A stretch of 64,000 bases of DNA from Macrostomum lignano. Lineage: Eukaryota. Every line of letters starts with the position of its first letter. Positions within the stretch are counted from its first letter, which is position 1. The stretch covers positions 186,001 through 250,000 of the forward strand of contig NIVC01000532.1 in NCBI GenBank assembly GCA_002269645.1, written 5' to 3'. Below, one piece after another: positions 49,192-59,894 of the stretch. A program made the position numbers and the translations under genes. A model generated the notes under the pieces. That model saw nothing but the letters and a program-made list of their open reading frames with translations. It made no database searches and was not told the origin of the DNA.

Positions 49192-50558
49192 CGAGGGATG
49201 TTCCATAAGTACTTATACTTTTGCATGCTGCTCAGGAACTACGCAACCAATCATTGTAAGTTTTATGTCGCTGGAAAGCGGCTTTACTCATCTTTAATCT
49301 GTCGCCAAAATCATTTCGTTCTGTCAACTATGTCAAAAGTTACAACAAAAAACGTAGTCAAAGGTCACCCATAGACTTACAAGAAATTTTCAAAATCAAA
49401 ACTTCAAAGTTCAGCACGCAGAGTTATTTTGGATTCTACATAATGCATTCTTTTTTGCTTCATAAGCGAATGCCACACCCTTTTCGTCTATGGAAAATAC
49501 TGGCCTAAGCTTTCACAGCATCTTAATCTTAAGATCACAGCATCTTAATCTTGTAAAGTTTCACCACCTTGGCTGCTGCTGCATCACCATGGATGTGAAC
49601 TCAAGGGAAGGACAGCGCGCTGCAATTTTTACCCTCTGGAAACTCGGAAAAAAGCGATCAGAGATTTATGCGGATTTATGCAACATTCATGGAGCTAATG
49701 CGGTGAGCAGGATGACCGTCTACAACTGGGTTGAGCAGTTCGAAGCAGGAAGGACCAATCCTCCGGTAAAAGCTCAAAGGGACGCACATGGAAAGAAGAT
49801 CATGCTGTCTCTGTTTTTCGACTGCAATGGTCCTCTAACTGTCGAGTTTTTGGAGCCAAACACTACAATAAACTCTGAGCGCTACGTTGAAACGCTAACA
49901 AAGCTGCATCATGACATCCAGAACAAGCGTCGTGAAAATCCCAGACCTTTCATTCTTCATCATGACAATGCAAGGCCTCATACAGCACAAAAGACAGTCG
50001 AGGCAATCAGCAAGCTGAAGCTCCATCTTCTACCTCACCCTCCTTACTCTCCAGACCTGGCACCAGCAGACTTTGCTTTATTTCCAGAGTTGAAGCGCCA
50101 TCTGAAAGGACGCGTGTACGAGACCAGGAACCAGATCGAGGAGGAAGTCCGCAGAATTCTGCTGTATGTCATCCCCCGACAGCTGTACGCAGAAGCCATC
50201 AAAAGCATGTTTAACAGGTGGACCAAGTGCATCAACTCCGGTGGAAACTACGTTGAGAAGGTGTCGGTACCGACTGAGGATGAGTGACAAAGAAGTCAAA
50301 CTTTCTGTCATCAACAACGCGCCTCTGTTTTCATGCTTGCCATTGTAGTTGTTGCTCTTTAAATTTCTTGTAAGTCTATGGGTGACCTTTGACTACGTTT
50401 TTTGTTGTAACTTTTGACATAGTTGACAGAACGAAATGATTTTGGCGACAGATTAAAGATGAGTAAAGCCGCTTTCCAGCGACATAAAACTTACAATGAT
50501 TGGTTGCGTAGTTCCTGAGCAGCATGCAAAAGTATAAGTACTTATGGAACATCCCTCG
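49192..50558 (+). mobile_element. mariner element, 1367 bp, with 198-bp perfect TIRs and TA target duplication
   Basis: TA|CGAGGGATGTTCC...GGAACATCCCTCG|TA. 49192-49389 is the exact reverse complement of 50361-50558 by eye. Confidence 0.95.
49589..50287 (+). CDS. Internally deleted mariner transposase (232 aa; first HTH + D34D C-terminal half)
   Basis: VSRMTVYNWVEQFEAGRT joins directly to AQRDAHGKKIMLSLFFD. HHDNARPH...YSPDLAPAD gives D34D. WVPHEL and the first catalytic TxDE motif are missing, and the frame stays open. Confidence 0.85.
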   Translation: MDVNSREGQRAAIFTLWKLGKKRSEIYADLCNIHGANAVSRMTVYNWVEQFEAGRTNPPVKAQRDAHGKKIMLSLFFDCNGPLTVEFLEPNTTINSERYVETLTKLHHDIQNKRRENPRPFILHHDNARPHTAQKTVEAISKLKLHLLPHPPYSPDLAPADFALFPELKRHLKGRVYETRNQIEEEVRRILLYVIPRQLYAEAIKSMFNRWTKCINSGGNYVEKVSVPTEDE

Positions 50559-50931
50559 TACCTGCGACTGCGTACCTCAAAAGGTACGGAATGGATTTTT
50601 GCTGATAACGAGCACAGTTTCGAAGTGAAGACTATCGGAGTCCATTCAGGCAAATTGAAAAAGTTTTTACACAAGTTTTTTAGCAATGTACTTTCTTTAA
50701 TTCAAAAGCATAAATTAGTATTGGCTAATATCTGAATAATGCCGTTAAAAGATTAAATAATCTAACAAGTTTAAATTAGTTAGAACTGTTTGGCACATTA
50801 AGGTTTCACGCCTGGAGCTGGTCAAATAGAGCCAGGGGTCAGCTTTGATGGCAACTATACGAGCGTACTTTGAATTACATGTAGTTATATAATTCCCGTA
50901 AAATTTAACATTAAAGTACATTGTTTGTAGG

Positions 50932-51012
50932 ATGTCGATTGACGACTCCGACGGCGTTCCTCCTCTTATTTGCTGACATCACCGACATGCTGCAGGAGCG
51001 GCTCACTAGCAG
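50932..51012 (+). pseudogene. Lectin-PAN exon-1 relic with an internal deletion of about 200 nt
   Basis: ATGTCGA..GACTCCGACGGCGTTCCTCCTCT joined to ATCACCGACATGCTGCAGGAGCGGCTCACTAGCAG|GT. Confidence 0.75.
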
Positions 51013-51533
51013 GTTTGTTCAGAACTTAAAATCATAATCGAGCTGATATATCAATCATATTTCCAGTCTGAAGCGCTGAGCTTAATGTATCAACAATTGT
51101 GGTTTGTTAGACAATTATAGAGACATTCTGTTTCTCGTAGTGCCTACGGTTCACGCCCACGATCGTATTGCTTGGCTAATCCCTAAATAAGTCATCAGAA
51201 ATCGGGAAACCTAAATCATTTTTTACAGTTTTAAAAAATTAGAACTATAGATTTACAGTGCAATGCCATGTGGCATTAACTCTGTCAGGGCGATTTGAAC
51301 ACGAAATATAATTTTATTAAAAACTGCTCAAATTGACTCAAAATTGTAAAAAAGCTAATTCGAATCCAAGAGTATGTGCTACTCGTAAGCAGCAGACGGT
51401 CCATTTGCCCATGCACCTGAGCAACATGACCAATCAGAGTCTGCCAAGCTGCGAGAGGTTAAACACCGGTATAGCAATTTCCATGCGAATGATGAAGCCC
51501 GCACAGCTGGAAAGCCGCTGGTTTACCGCAGGG

Positions 51534-51689
51534 ATGTCGACTGCAAGGGCGCTCATCCTCTCCCTGCTGAGCCTCGCCTGCCTGCGCAGCCTGCAGTCCT
51601 GCCAGCCGCCCTACCAGTCCGTGTCCGGCTTCTGCCTGCTCGTGAACACCACAGCCGCAGTCGGCTGGTGCCAGGCAGCTCGTCTGTGC
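51534..51689 (+). pseudogene. Lectin-PAN copy D, 5' half of exon 1
   Basis: MSTARALILSLLSLAC...WCQAARLC, then homology stops abruptly. The upstream region matches copy A. Confidence 0.9.
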
Positions 51690-52166
51690 TCACGCGTAAT
51701 ATGCACGTGACTGACACTCGTGAAACACGTTTTGTGTCCCTTCTTTACGCGAATATACGCGTGTAAGAATACGCACAGAATACACGAGTGAGTTACGCGC
51801 TCAAAAAGCGCGCTTTACACACATTGAACATGAATAATACGCGCAATAAACGGATAGAAAGTTGTCGGGGCAGCGCTGACAGCGCAGACAACAGGAGCCT
51901 CGTCGATAGAGTAGGACCCGGGATTAGGCCAGAATTGGGAAAACTTCTCCGTACTCGATTCAGTGGTTTCTTGACCGGTTCTTTCATATTTCCTATCTGC
52001 CGCGCATCACAGGACGGAGTGATTAAATCCAAAACAGGAAAACTGACGCAGGAGTGCCAGAAAGCACAAACATATAGAATTCGCCTGGCTAAATTCATAC
52101 TACGAGTATGAGTCTTATAAGCTCAGGTCCTCGTCAAAAAAGGTCCTCACAGCCCTCAGTTTGCTC

Positions 52167-52431
52167 AGTATGGCGCCCCTGTAGTGTATAATATGGCGCC
52201 CCTGTAGTGTATAATATGGCGCCCCTGTAGTGCATAATATGGCGCCCCTATAGTGCATAATATGGCGCCCCTGTAGTGTATAATATGGCGCCCCTGCAGT
52301 GTATAATATGGCGCCCCTGCAGTGTATAATATGGCGCCCCTGTAGTGTATAATATGGCGCCCCTGTAGTGTATAATATGGCGCCCCTGTGGTGTATAATA
52401 TGGCGCCCCTGTAGTGTATAATATGGCGCCC
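52167..52431. repeat. 23-bp minisatellite
   Basis: Unit TATAATATGGCGCCCCTGTAGTG, about 11 copies. Confidence 0.95.
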
Positions 52432-52974
52432 CACTCTTGTGGTGAAAATACGCCCCCCTTATTTTTTTATTTCTAAATCCGCCTCTGGCGAACAGTGTTT
52501 TAAATTAATAGAATAAACAATAGCAATTCAGAGGTCTACTAACAGAGAGGGTATAGAAAACGCACGATAGATGTATATCAGCCTGAAATTCAGTGAATTG
52601 ATAAGCCCATTAACAGACAGCTGCTGTAACGGCTTCCGCTGCCTGGATTTCCTGGTATTTTCAGAATGAATCTAAATAACAAGCCGTAGATCGTTGCTCA
52701 GCGTCACATGAGAAGAGACAGATCTGCTTCTTTTATCGTATACCAATCAATCGTCATGGAATGTTTTCCTTACATCTCTGCTTCCATTGCTGCTTTTGTG
52801 TGCTATAATTTACTGTATTGATTAAAAAGCATTGTAAAACACGGATAATGGGTATGAAAAAACAACTGAATTTTTAGGTTAGAATTAGAATGGCCCTGTC
52901 GAACATAAAAGACTCATTGGAGAATTGCTAAGATGTTAAGGATTACAGGGGCTGCTGAGAATCCAAGGGTCAAT

Positions 52975-53400
52975 TTCAATTTATCAATTCAATTCCGCGT
53001 CATGCCATTGAATGTTAAAAATGCGCCTGCAAACAGTTAAACGTCTCATGGACATGGTGTTGCGCGGACCTAAATGGGAAGCCTGTCTTGTATATGTAGA
53101 TGACATTGTAGTCATGGGCAGGTCATTACAAGAGTATAATAAGAACCTTGAAAAAGTCCTAAAACGTCTTAAAGAGGCTAATGTTCGTTTAAAGCCCAGT
53201 AAATGTCTCCTTGCCTCGAAATCCCGGCCATAAATATACTAAGCTATAAAATACTCCAGGTGGTATTGCAGTCGACGAAGAGAAGGTACAAGTGATTACT
53301 ACTTGGCCTCGACCACGAACTGTGAAAGAGGTGCAAAGGTTACTAGGGCTTGAATCTTACCATCGCAAATTAATACAAAACTTTTCCTCATTAGCCGAAA
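52975..53400 (+). mobile_element. Gypsy reverse-transcriptase remnant
   Basis: QFRVMPLNVKNAPA...RLMDMVLRG...CLVYVDDIVVMG...RLKEANVRLKPSKC, then frameshifted GGIAVDEEKVQVITTWPRPRTVKEVQRLLGL. Confidence 0.85.
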
Positions 53401-54309
53401 TGTAATTTCGAGTTTTTGGAAAATATGAATTAATGCGTATTTTACCAACCCAATTCATTATTTGTTTTTGACTCAAATATTGCAATATTGTCACACAGCT
53501 TTGATGTCCTGAAATGTAATGAAATGAAATGAAAAAACTTGATAAACTTGATAAACCTCCAAATAATTACGCTCGTATTAAACATTACTGATATCCATCG
53601 AAGTACAGTGTAAGTTACGCCAAATTCTATAAGTATCACATTGACTGAATATTTCTATGATTCTACTGTAAGTAGCATCATAGTTATTTCGATACTGTTA
53701 CTTTAGTTGGTACTTTGTTACTGCATGTGGACGTACGTACGTCTTACATAAGACAGCTCATATGTTCCTTTTGCAACGATCCCTTGTGAATTCGTTATTC
53801 CCGGGGTATCCGCTTATAAGCGCCTCTGCCCACCCACCTTTTCGGTTGTGTGTAATTGTGAGCGCCTCTTGAGCTGATATACGAAGGATTTCAAGTGGGT
53901 TTCCCGAGTACCTGTGTATTTTGTGGTTGATACATGTGTTAAGCATGTTTTGTAGTAGAAAAATTATCGTTGTTTGTAATCCTGATGAGTATTTTTTTAG
54001 TTGGAGAGTAAAGTATTTTTGTACTGTATAGCGTCTAGTGTAATCTAGTCAACAATGAGGTCAATGCGTTTTCGTAGTAATGATGTTACAGTGTGGTTTG
54101 TTAAAGGCATGTATCATATCGTATTTCATTATTTCGCGCGCATAACCGTACTACTTGTAATCATTCATTCATTTTAACAATATTCTATATGTAATGCGCT
54201 TATGCTCCTTTTGTATTTGTGGATATTTGTCGCCTCGCATGTATTTATTATATTATTTATATTTTATGCACAACGCCATTACACGCGTAATTCGTACTGC
54301 GTCAGAGAC

Positions 54310-54426
54310 TCGGAGGCGAGCTAGCTGGTGATGGAGCCGACCGCCATCCGGGGAAGCTGCGCTGTTCGCCATGGTGAACCTGTGGGTCGGCGATACCGAC
54401 ATGTTGGACAAGCGACTCACCGGCAG
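54310..54426 (+). pseudogene. Lectin-PAN exon-1 3' half (probably the continuation of copy D)
   Basis: TCGGAGGCGAGCT[AGCT]GGTGATGGAGCCG...TGGGTCGGCGATACCGACATGTTGGAC...CAG|GT, with a 4-bp duplication. Confidence 0.8.
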
Positions 54427-54639
54427 GTATGGCTTTTAACGTCAACAGTAGGATTTTAATTACAACTGTTATTGTAAACTTTTGCAAACATTATTAGGGA
54501 GTATCAACACAATCCAGCGATCTGTTTTTAGAAAAAAACTAGCAATCTACGCCCCCCGTTGGGGAGCCAAAGAAATGCAATACACGTATTTTTAATAAGC
54601 TACATGTAGCCTTGAAATCTTAAAAAATCTCCTGTCAAA

Positions 54640-55620
54640 ATTCTAACCCTAACCAAAACCCTAAATTCAATATTTTGTCCATGAGTTTTTGCATGATCGA
54701 TGCTTCTATGATTTTTGGCATGACGCTTCCATTGTTTTTGCATGACGCTTCCATTATTTTTGCATGATGCTTCCATGATAAACATTTTTAATAAGCTAAA
54801 TGAGTTAAGTTATAAGCTACCCTAACCCTAACCCTAACCCGAATCTTAACGCAATTACCCTGAACCTAACCCTAAACCTAAACCCTAATACCAACCCTAA
54901 CACTAACCCTACAGCCTGACATCTGCATAAGTTTGTGAAGAGCTAGTAGTATTTTTTAGCTTAGTATCTTAGCGTTAGGGAGCCAAAAATACAGTACAAG
55001 TTTTGTAATAAACTACATGTAGCATCTCTTTGCAATATACCTCAGAAGTCCCTTGTAAGCCTTGAAATGTCAGTAATTCCCCCCACAAGCTTTAACAAAT
55101 CAACTCCCCCCTTGACATCTCAGCGATGCCCCAAATAAGCCTTGAAGTCTAAAAAAATCTGTCAACCTTCTAACCCTAACCCTAGCCTAACCCTAACCCT
55201 AACCCTAGCCTAACCCTAACCCTAACCTAACCCTAAAGCATTGAAATTTCAGTAATTCTGAGTCATTATAGCACTACTACAGCGTTATAGCGATTCCCTG
55301 CAAGCCTCGACATCGTAGAGATTCCCAAATGAATCTCTTCGCTTCGACATGAAGCTTCTTTTATTTTTTACATTATGCTTTTTCTATCAGTGAGCCCTGA
55401 GGAGCCAACAAAAAATGTAATAAAAAGTTTTCATTAAACTACATGTAGCTTCTGACTTTAGCCTTGAAATCTCATTTATACCCCCGTGAGCCTTGACATC
55501 TCAGCTATTCCCCCCCATAAATCTTGAAATCTAAAAAAATCCCCTGTTAACCTTGAAACCCGATAAAATATAACCCTCAACCCACACCTGACCTAAACCT
55601 AACTTTAACCCAACCTAAAG
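54640..55620. repeat. Patches of degenerate (TAACCC)n telomere-like repeat within a dispersed repeat
   Basis: CCTAACCCTAACCCTAAC runs at about 54645, 54820-54910, 55170-55235 and 55570-55600. Confidence 0.8.
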
Positions 55621-56149
55621 CCTTGAAATCTCAGCAATTCTTCTCCCCTAAGCCTTGGCATTTTAGTGATTCCTTCTTTAAGAATCACAGCACTATAACG
55701 ATTTCCACCAAGCTTTGACATTGTAGCAATTCCCAAATTAATCTTTTAACTTCGACATGACTTTTCTTATATGTATACATAGTGCTACTTTTATTTTTTA
55801 CATGACTCTGCTTCTATCAGCGCCCCCCCCTGTGGCGAGCCAACAATGAATGTAATAAAAATTGAGTAAAGTACATGAACTTTGAAGTAGCTTCTGACTT
55901 TTGCTTTGACATCTCAGAAACCCCCCCCACCTGTAATCTCAGTTATCCTCTGTGAGCCTTGACGTCTCAGTAATTCTCCCAGCACAGCACTGTACTATAG
56001 CTTCATTTAATTTTTATATGACACCTTTCATGTCTGACATGGCGCTTCTTTTGATTTTTACATGACGCTTCTTTTATTCTTCCATTATTCTTCTTAATTT
56101 TTTAAATGACACTTTCATTAGTTTTTATATGAGGCTTCTATGATTGTTT

Positions 56150-58790
56150 GCATGACGCTTCTATGATTTTACCATGACGCTTCTATTATTGTTTGCATGA
56201 CGCTTCTATGATTTTTACATGACGCTTCTATGATTGTTTACATGACGCTTCTATGATTGTTTACATGACGCTTCTATGCTTGTTTACATGACGCTTCTAT
56301 GATTTTTACATGACGCTTCTATGATTGTTTACATGACGCTTCTATGATTGTTTACATGACTCTTCTATGATTGTTTACATGACCCTTCTATGATTTTTAC
56401 ATGACGCTTCTATGCTTGTTTACATGACGCTTCTATGGTTTTTGCATGACGCTTCCATGATTTTTTACATGACGCATTAATGGTTTTTTCATGTCACTTC
56501 TATGATTTTTTCATGACGCTTTTTTGACTTTTACATGACGCTTCTATGATTTTTTAAATGACGCTACTATGATTGTTTGCATGACGCTTCTATGATTTTT
56601 ACATGACGCTACTATGATTGTTTTCATGACGCTTCTATGATTTTTAATGACGCTACTATGATTGTTTACATGACGGTTCTATGATTTTTACATGACGCTT
56701 CTATGATTTTTTCATGACGCTTCTATGATTTTTTACATTACGCTTCTATGATTTTTTCATGTCACTTCGATGATTTTTATGACGCTTCTCTGATTTTTTA
56801 TGACGCTATTTTGACTTTTACATGACGCTTCTATGATTGTTTACATGACGCTTCTATGATTTTTTAAATGACGCTACTATGATTGTTTGCATGACGCTTC
56901 TATGATTTTTACATGACGCTACTATGATTGTTTTCATGACGCTTCTATGATTTTTAATGACGCTACTATGATTGTTTACATGACGGTTCTATGATTTTTA
57001 CATGACGCTTCTATGATTTTTTCATGACGCTTCTATGATTTTTGCATGACGCTTCTATGATTATTACATGACGCTTTTATTATTTTTTCATGACGCTTCC
57101 ATGATTTTTTCATGACGCTTCTATGATTTTTTATGACGCTTTTTTGACTTTTACATGACGCTTCTATGATTGTTTGCATGACGCTTCTATGATTGTTTAC
57201 ATGACGCTTCTATGATTTTTTCATGACGCTTCTATGATTGTTTACATGACGCTTCTATGATTTTTTACATTACACTTCCATGATTTTTATATAACGCTTT
57301 TACGATTTTTACATGGCGATTCTATGATTGTTTACATGACGCTTCTATGATTTTTTACATGACGCTTCTATGATTTTTTCATGACGCTTCTATGATTTTT
57401 TACATGACGCTTCTATGATTGTTTACATGACGCTTCTATGATTTTTTACATTACGCTTCTATGATTTTTATATAACGCTTTTACGATTTTTTACATGGCG
57501 CTTCTATGATTGTTTACATGACACTTCTATGATTTTTTACATGACGCTTCTTTTTAAAAAGTCTTTTAGTTTTCCTGATGTTGAAAAGCTTTAATTAAAA
57601 AAATTATACTCTATGAAAATTCGAACCATCGTCGCTGCATTTGGCAGTTCAGTTTGTTCACCTCTAGGCTAGCTCTCATCGTTTTGATAACATCAAATTT
57701 TGCACTTATATAATTCAACACTTTAAAATCCAAGCATAGAGTAAATCACACGAAGCAGTTATGACATAATCAGTTTCTCAGTCAGTCAGTATCAGTTAAC
57801 AATATGGTTACGCAATTTAAATCAAGTCTGGTGCTACGCTTCCACACTGCATTTTCAATTCAAGTCGGAGTTACAATTCAGTGATGATGCAATCTATTTC
57901 AGAATCAGAATTCAACCAGTCAGTTTTTTCTCTAGCATTCTTACAATGCATTTCAAGTCGAAAAGTTTGCTTGACCTTTGCAAAAAAGCATGTTTTTCGA
58001 ATATTTAATGCCTTTAGCATCGAGCAATTTCTTAGCCACGATGCATGTACCGTCACGGGAAAATTTCTGATCGAACAGTGCAAGTCTCATGAAAATCGGT
58101 CCAGCCATTTTTTCTCTAATCGATTGCGTACAAACAAACAAACAAACAACTCATTTTTAGTATATAGGATTTCATGACGCTTCTATGATTTTTAATGACG
58201 CTACTATGATTGTTTACATGACGGTTCTATGATTTTTACATGACGCTTCTATGATTTTTTCATGACGCTTCTATGATTTTTGCATGACGCTTCTATGATT
58301 ATTACATGACGCTTTTATTATTTTTTCATGACGCTTCCATGATTTTTTCATGACGCTTCTATGATTTTTTATGACGCTTTTTTGACTTTTACATGACGCT
58401 TCTATGATTGTTTGCATGACGCTTCTATGATTGTTTACATGACGCTTCTATGATTTTTTCATGACGCTTCTATGATTGTTTACATGACGCTTCTATGATT
58501 TTTTACATTACACTTCCATGATTTTTATATAACGCTTTTACGATTTTTACATGGCGATTCTATGATTGTTTACATGACGCTTCTATGATTTTTTACATGA
58601 CGCTTCTATGATTTTTTCATGACGCTTCTATGATTTTTTACATGACGCTTCTATGATTGTTTACATGACGCTTCTATGATTTTTTACATTACGCTTCTAT
58701 GATTTTTATATAACGCTTTTACGATTTTTTACATGGCGCTTCTATGATTGTTTACATGACACTTCTATGATTTTTTACATGACGCTTCTT
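56150..58790. repeat. 22-23-bp minisatellite ACATGACGCTTCTATGATT(G/T)TTT (56150-57550 and 58171-58790)
   Basis: Direct reading of the sequence. Confidence 0.95.
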
Positions 58791-59407
58791 TTTAAAAAGT
58801 CTTTTAGTTTTCCTGATGTTGAAAAGCTTTAATTAAAAAAATTATACTCTATGAAAATTCGAACCATCGTCGCTGCATTTGGCAGTTCAGTTTGTTCACC
58901 TCTAGGCTAGCTCTCATCGTTTTGATAACATCAAATTTTGCACTTATATAATTCAACACTTTAAAATCCAAGCATAGAGTAAATCACACGAAGCAGTTAT
59001 GACATAATCAGTTTCTCAGTCAGTCAGTATCAGTTAACAATATGGTTACGCAATTTAAATCAAGTCTGGTGCTACGCTTCCACACTGCATTTTCAATTCA
59101 AGTCGGAGTTACAATTCAGTGATGATGCAATCTATTTCAGAATCAGAATTCAACCAGTCAGTTTTTTCTCTAGCATTCTTACAATGCATTTCAAGTCGAA
59201 AAGTTTGCTTGACCTTTGCAAAAAAGCATGTTTTTCGAATATTTAATGCCTTTAGCATCGAGCAATTTCTTAGCCACGATGCATGTACCGTCACGGGAAA
59301 ATTTCTGATCGAACAGTGCAAGTCTCATGAAAATCGGTCCAGCCATTTTTTCTCTAATCGATTGCGTACAAACAAACAAACAAACAACTCATTTTTAGTA
59401 TATAGGA
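56933..59407. repeat. 1238-bp apparently identical tandem duplication (56933-58170 / 58171-59407)
   Basis: Identical ORFs are offset by 1238 (57871 vs 59109, 57881 vs 59119). Confidence 0.95.
58085..58170 (+). mobile_element. Helitron/HINE-like 3' terminus (duplicated at about 59323-59407)
   Basis: GAAAATCGGTCCAGCC...(ACAA)n...TTTAGTATATAGGA resembles the ends of invertebrate non-autonomous Helitron/Helentron elements. Confidence 0.45.
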
Positions 59408-59894
59408 CTTTCGCTGTTCGATAAATTTAGAACAAGGATGACATGCTGGCTCTACAAAGTGTTCTCGAGCACCGCAGGCAGGATGAGCGACGTCTGGGCA
59501 GGACAGGCAGAGAAGTGGAGGAGAGCGTTGCAGGAGATGGAGTCCTCACGTGACGCTTCACTCAATTTTCACTCAAAAATCTGACCCACTGGCAGAATTG
59601 TTGAATATCTCAACTGTCCGGAAAACTGACGACTTGATTCTTGTTTAATAAGGTTTGCAACGAGACCAAGGAACACAGCAATATAGTAAGTTAGATTCTG
59701 CCGAATTCTATTAGCGTTGTGCTATATCAGCCAATCAGGATGAGCGATACGGGTGACAATGAGGAAAGTGTTTCTAAGCCGAATTCAATTGGACATTGGG
59801 GTTTCCAATGGAATTTGGATTTAAACAGAAGCCCGATACGCTTTCAAGGCTGCAGAGTCTCCTGAAGTTTTTAATAACATTTAACTCTGAAGTG

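Noticed and set aside
51689-54309. A single TIR or LTR element splitting copy D
   Set aside because: The ends share only short CACGCGTAAT-type motifs, with no clear TSD, TIR or LTR pair. The block may be several nested events.
54640-55620. True telomere or chromosome-fusion site
   Set aside because: The runs are short, degenerate, single-orientation and interspersed with other repeats.
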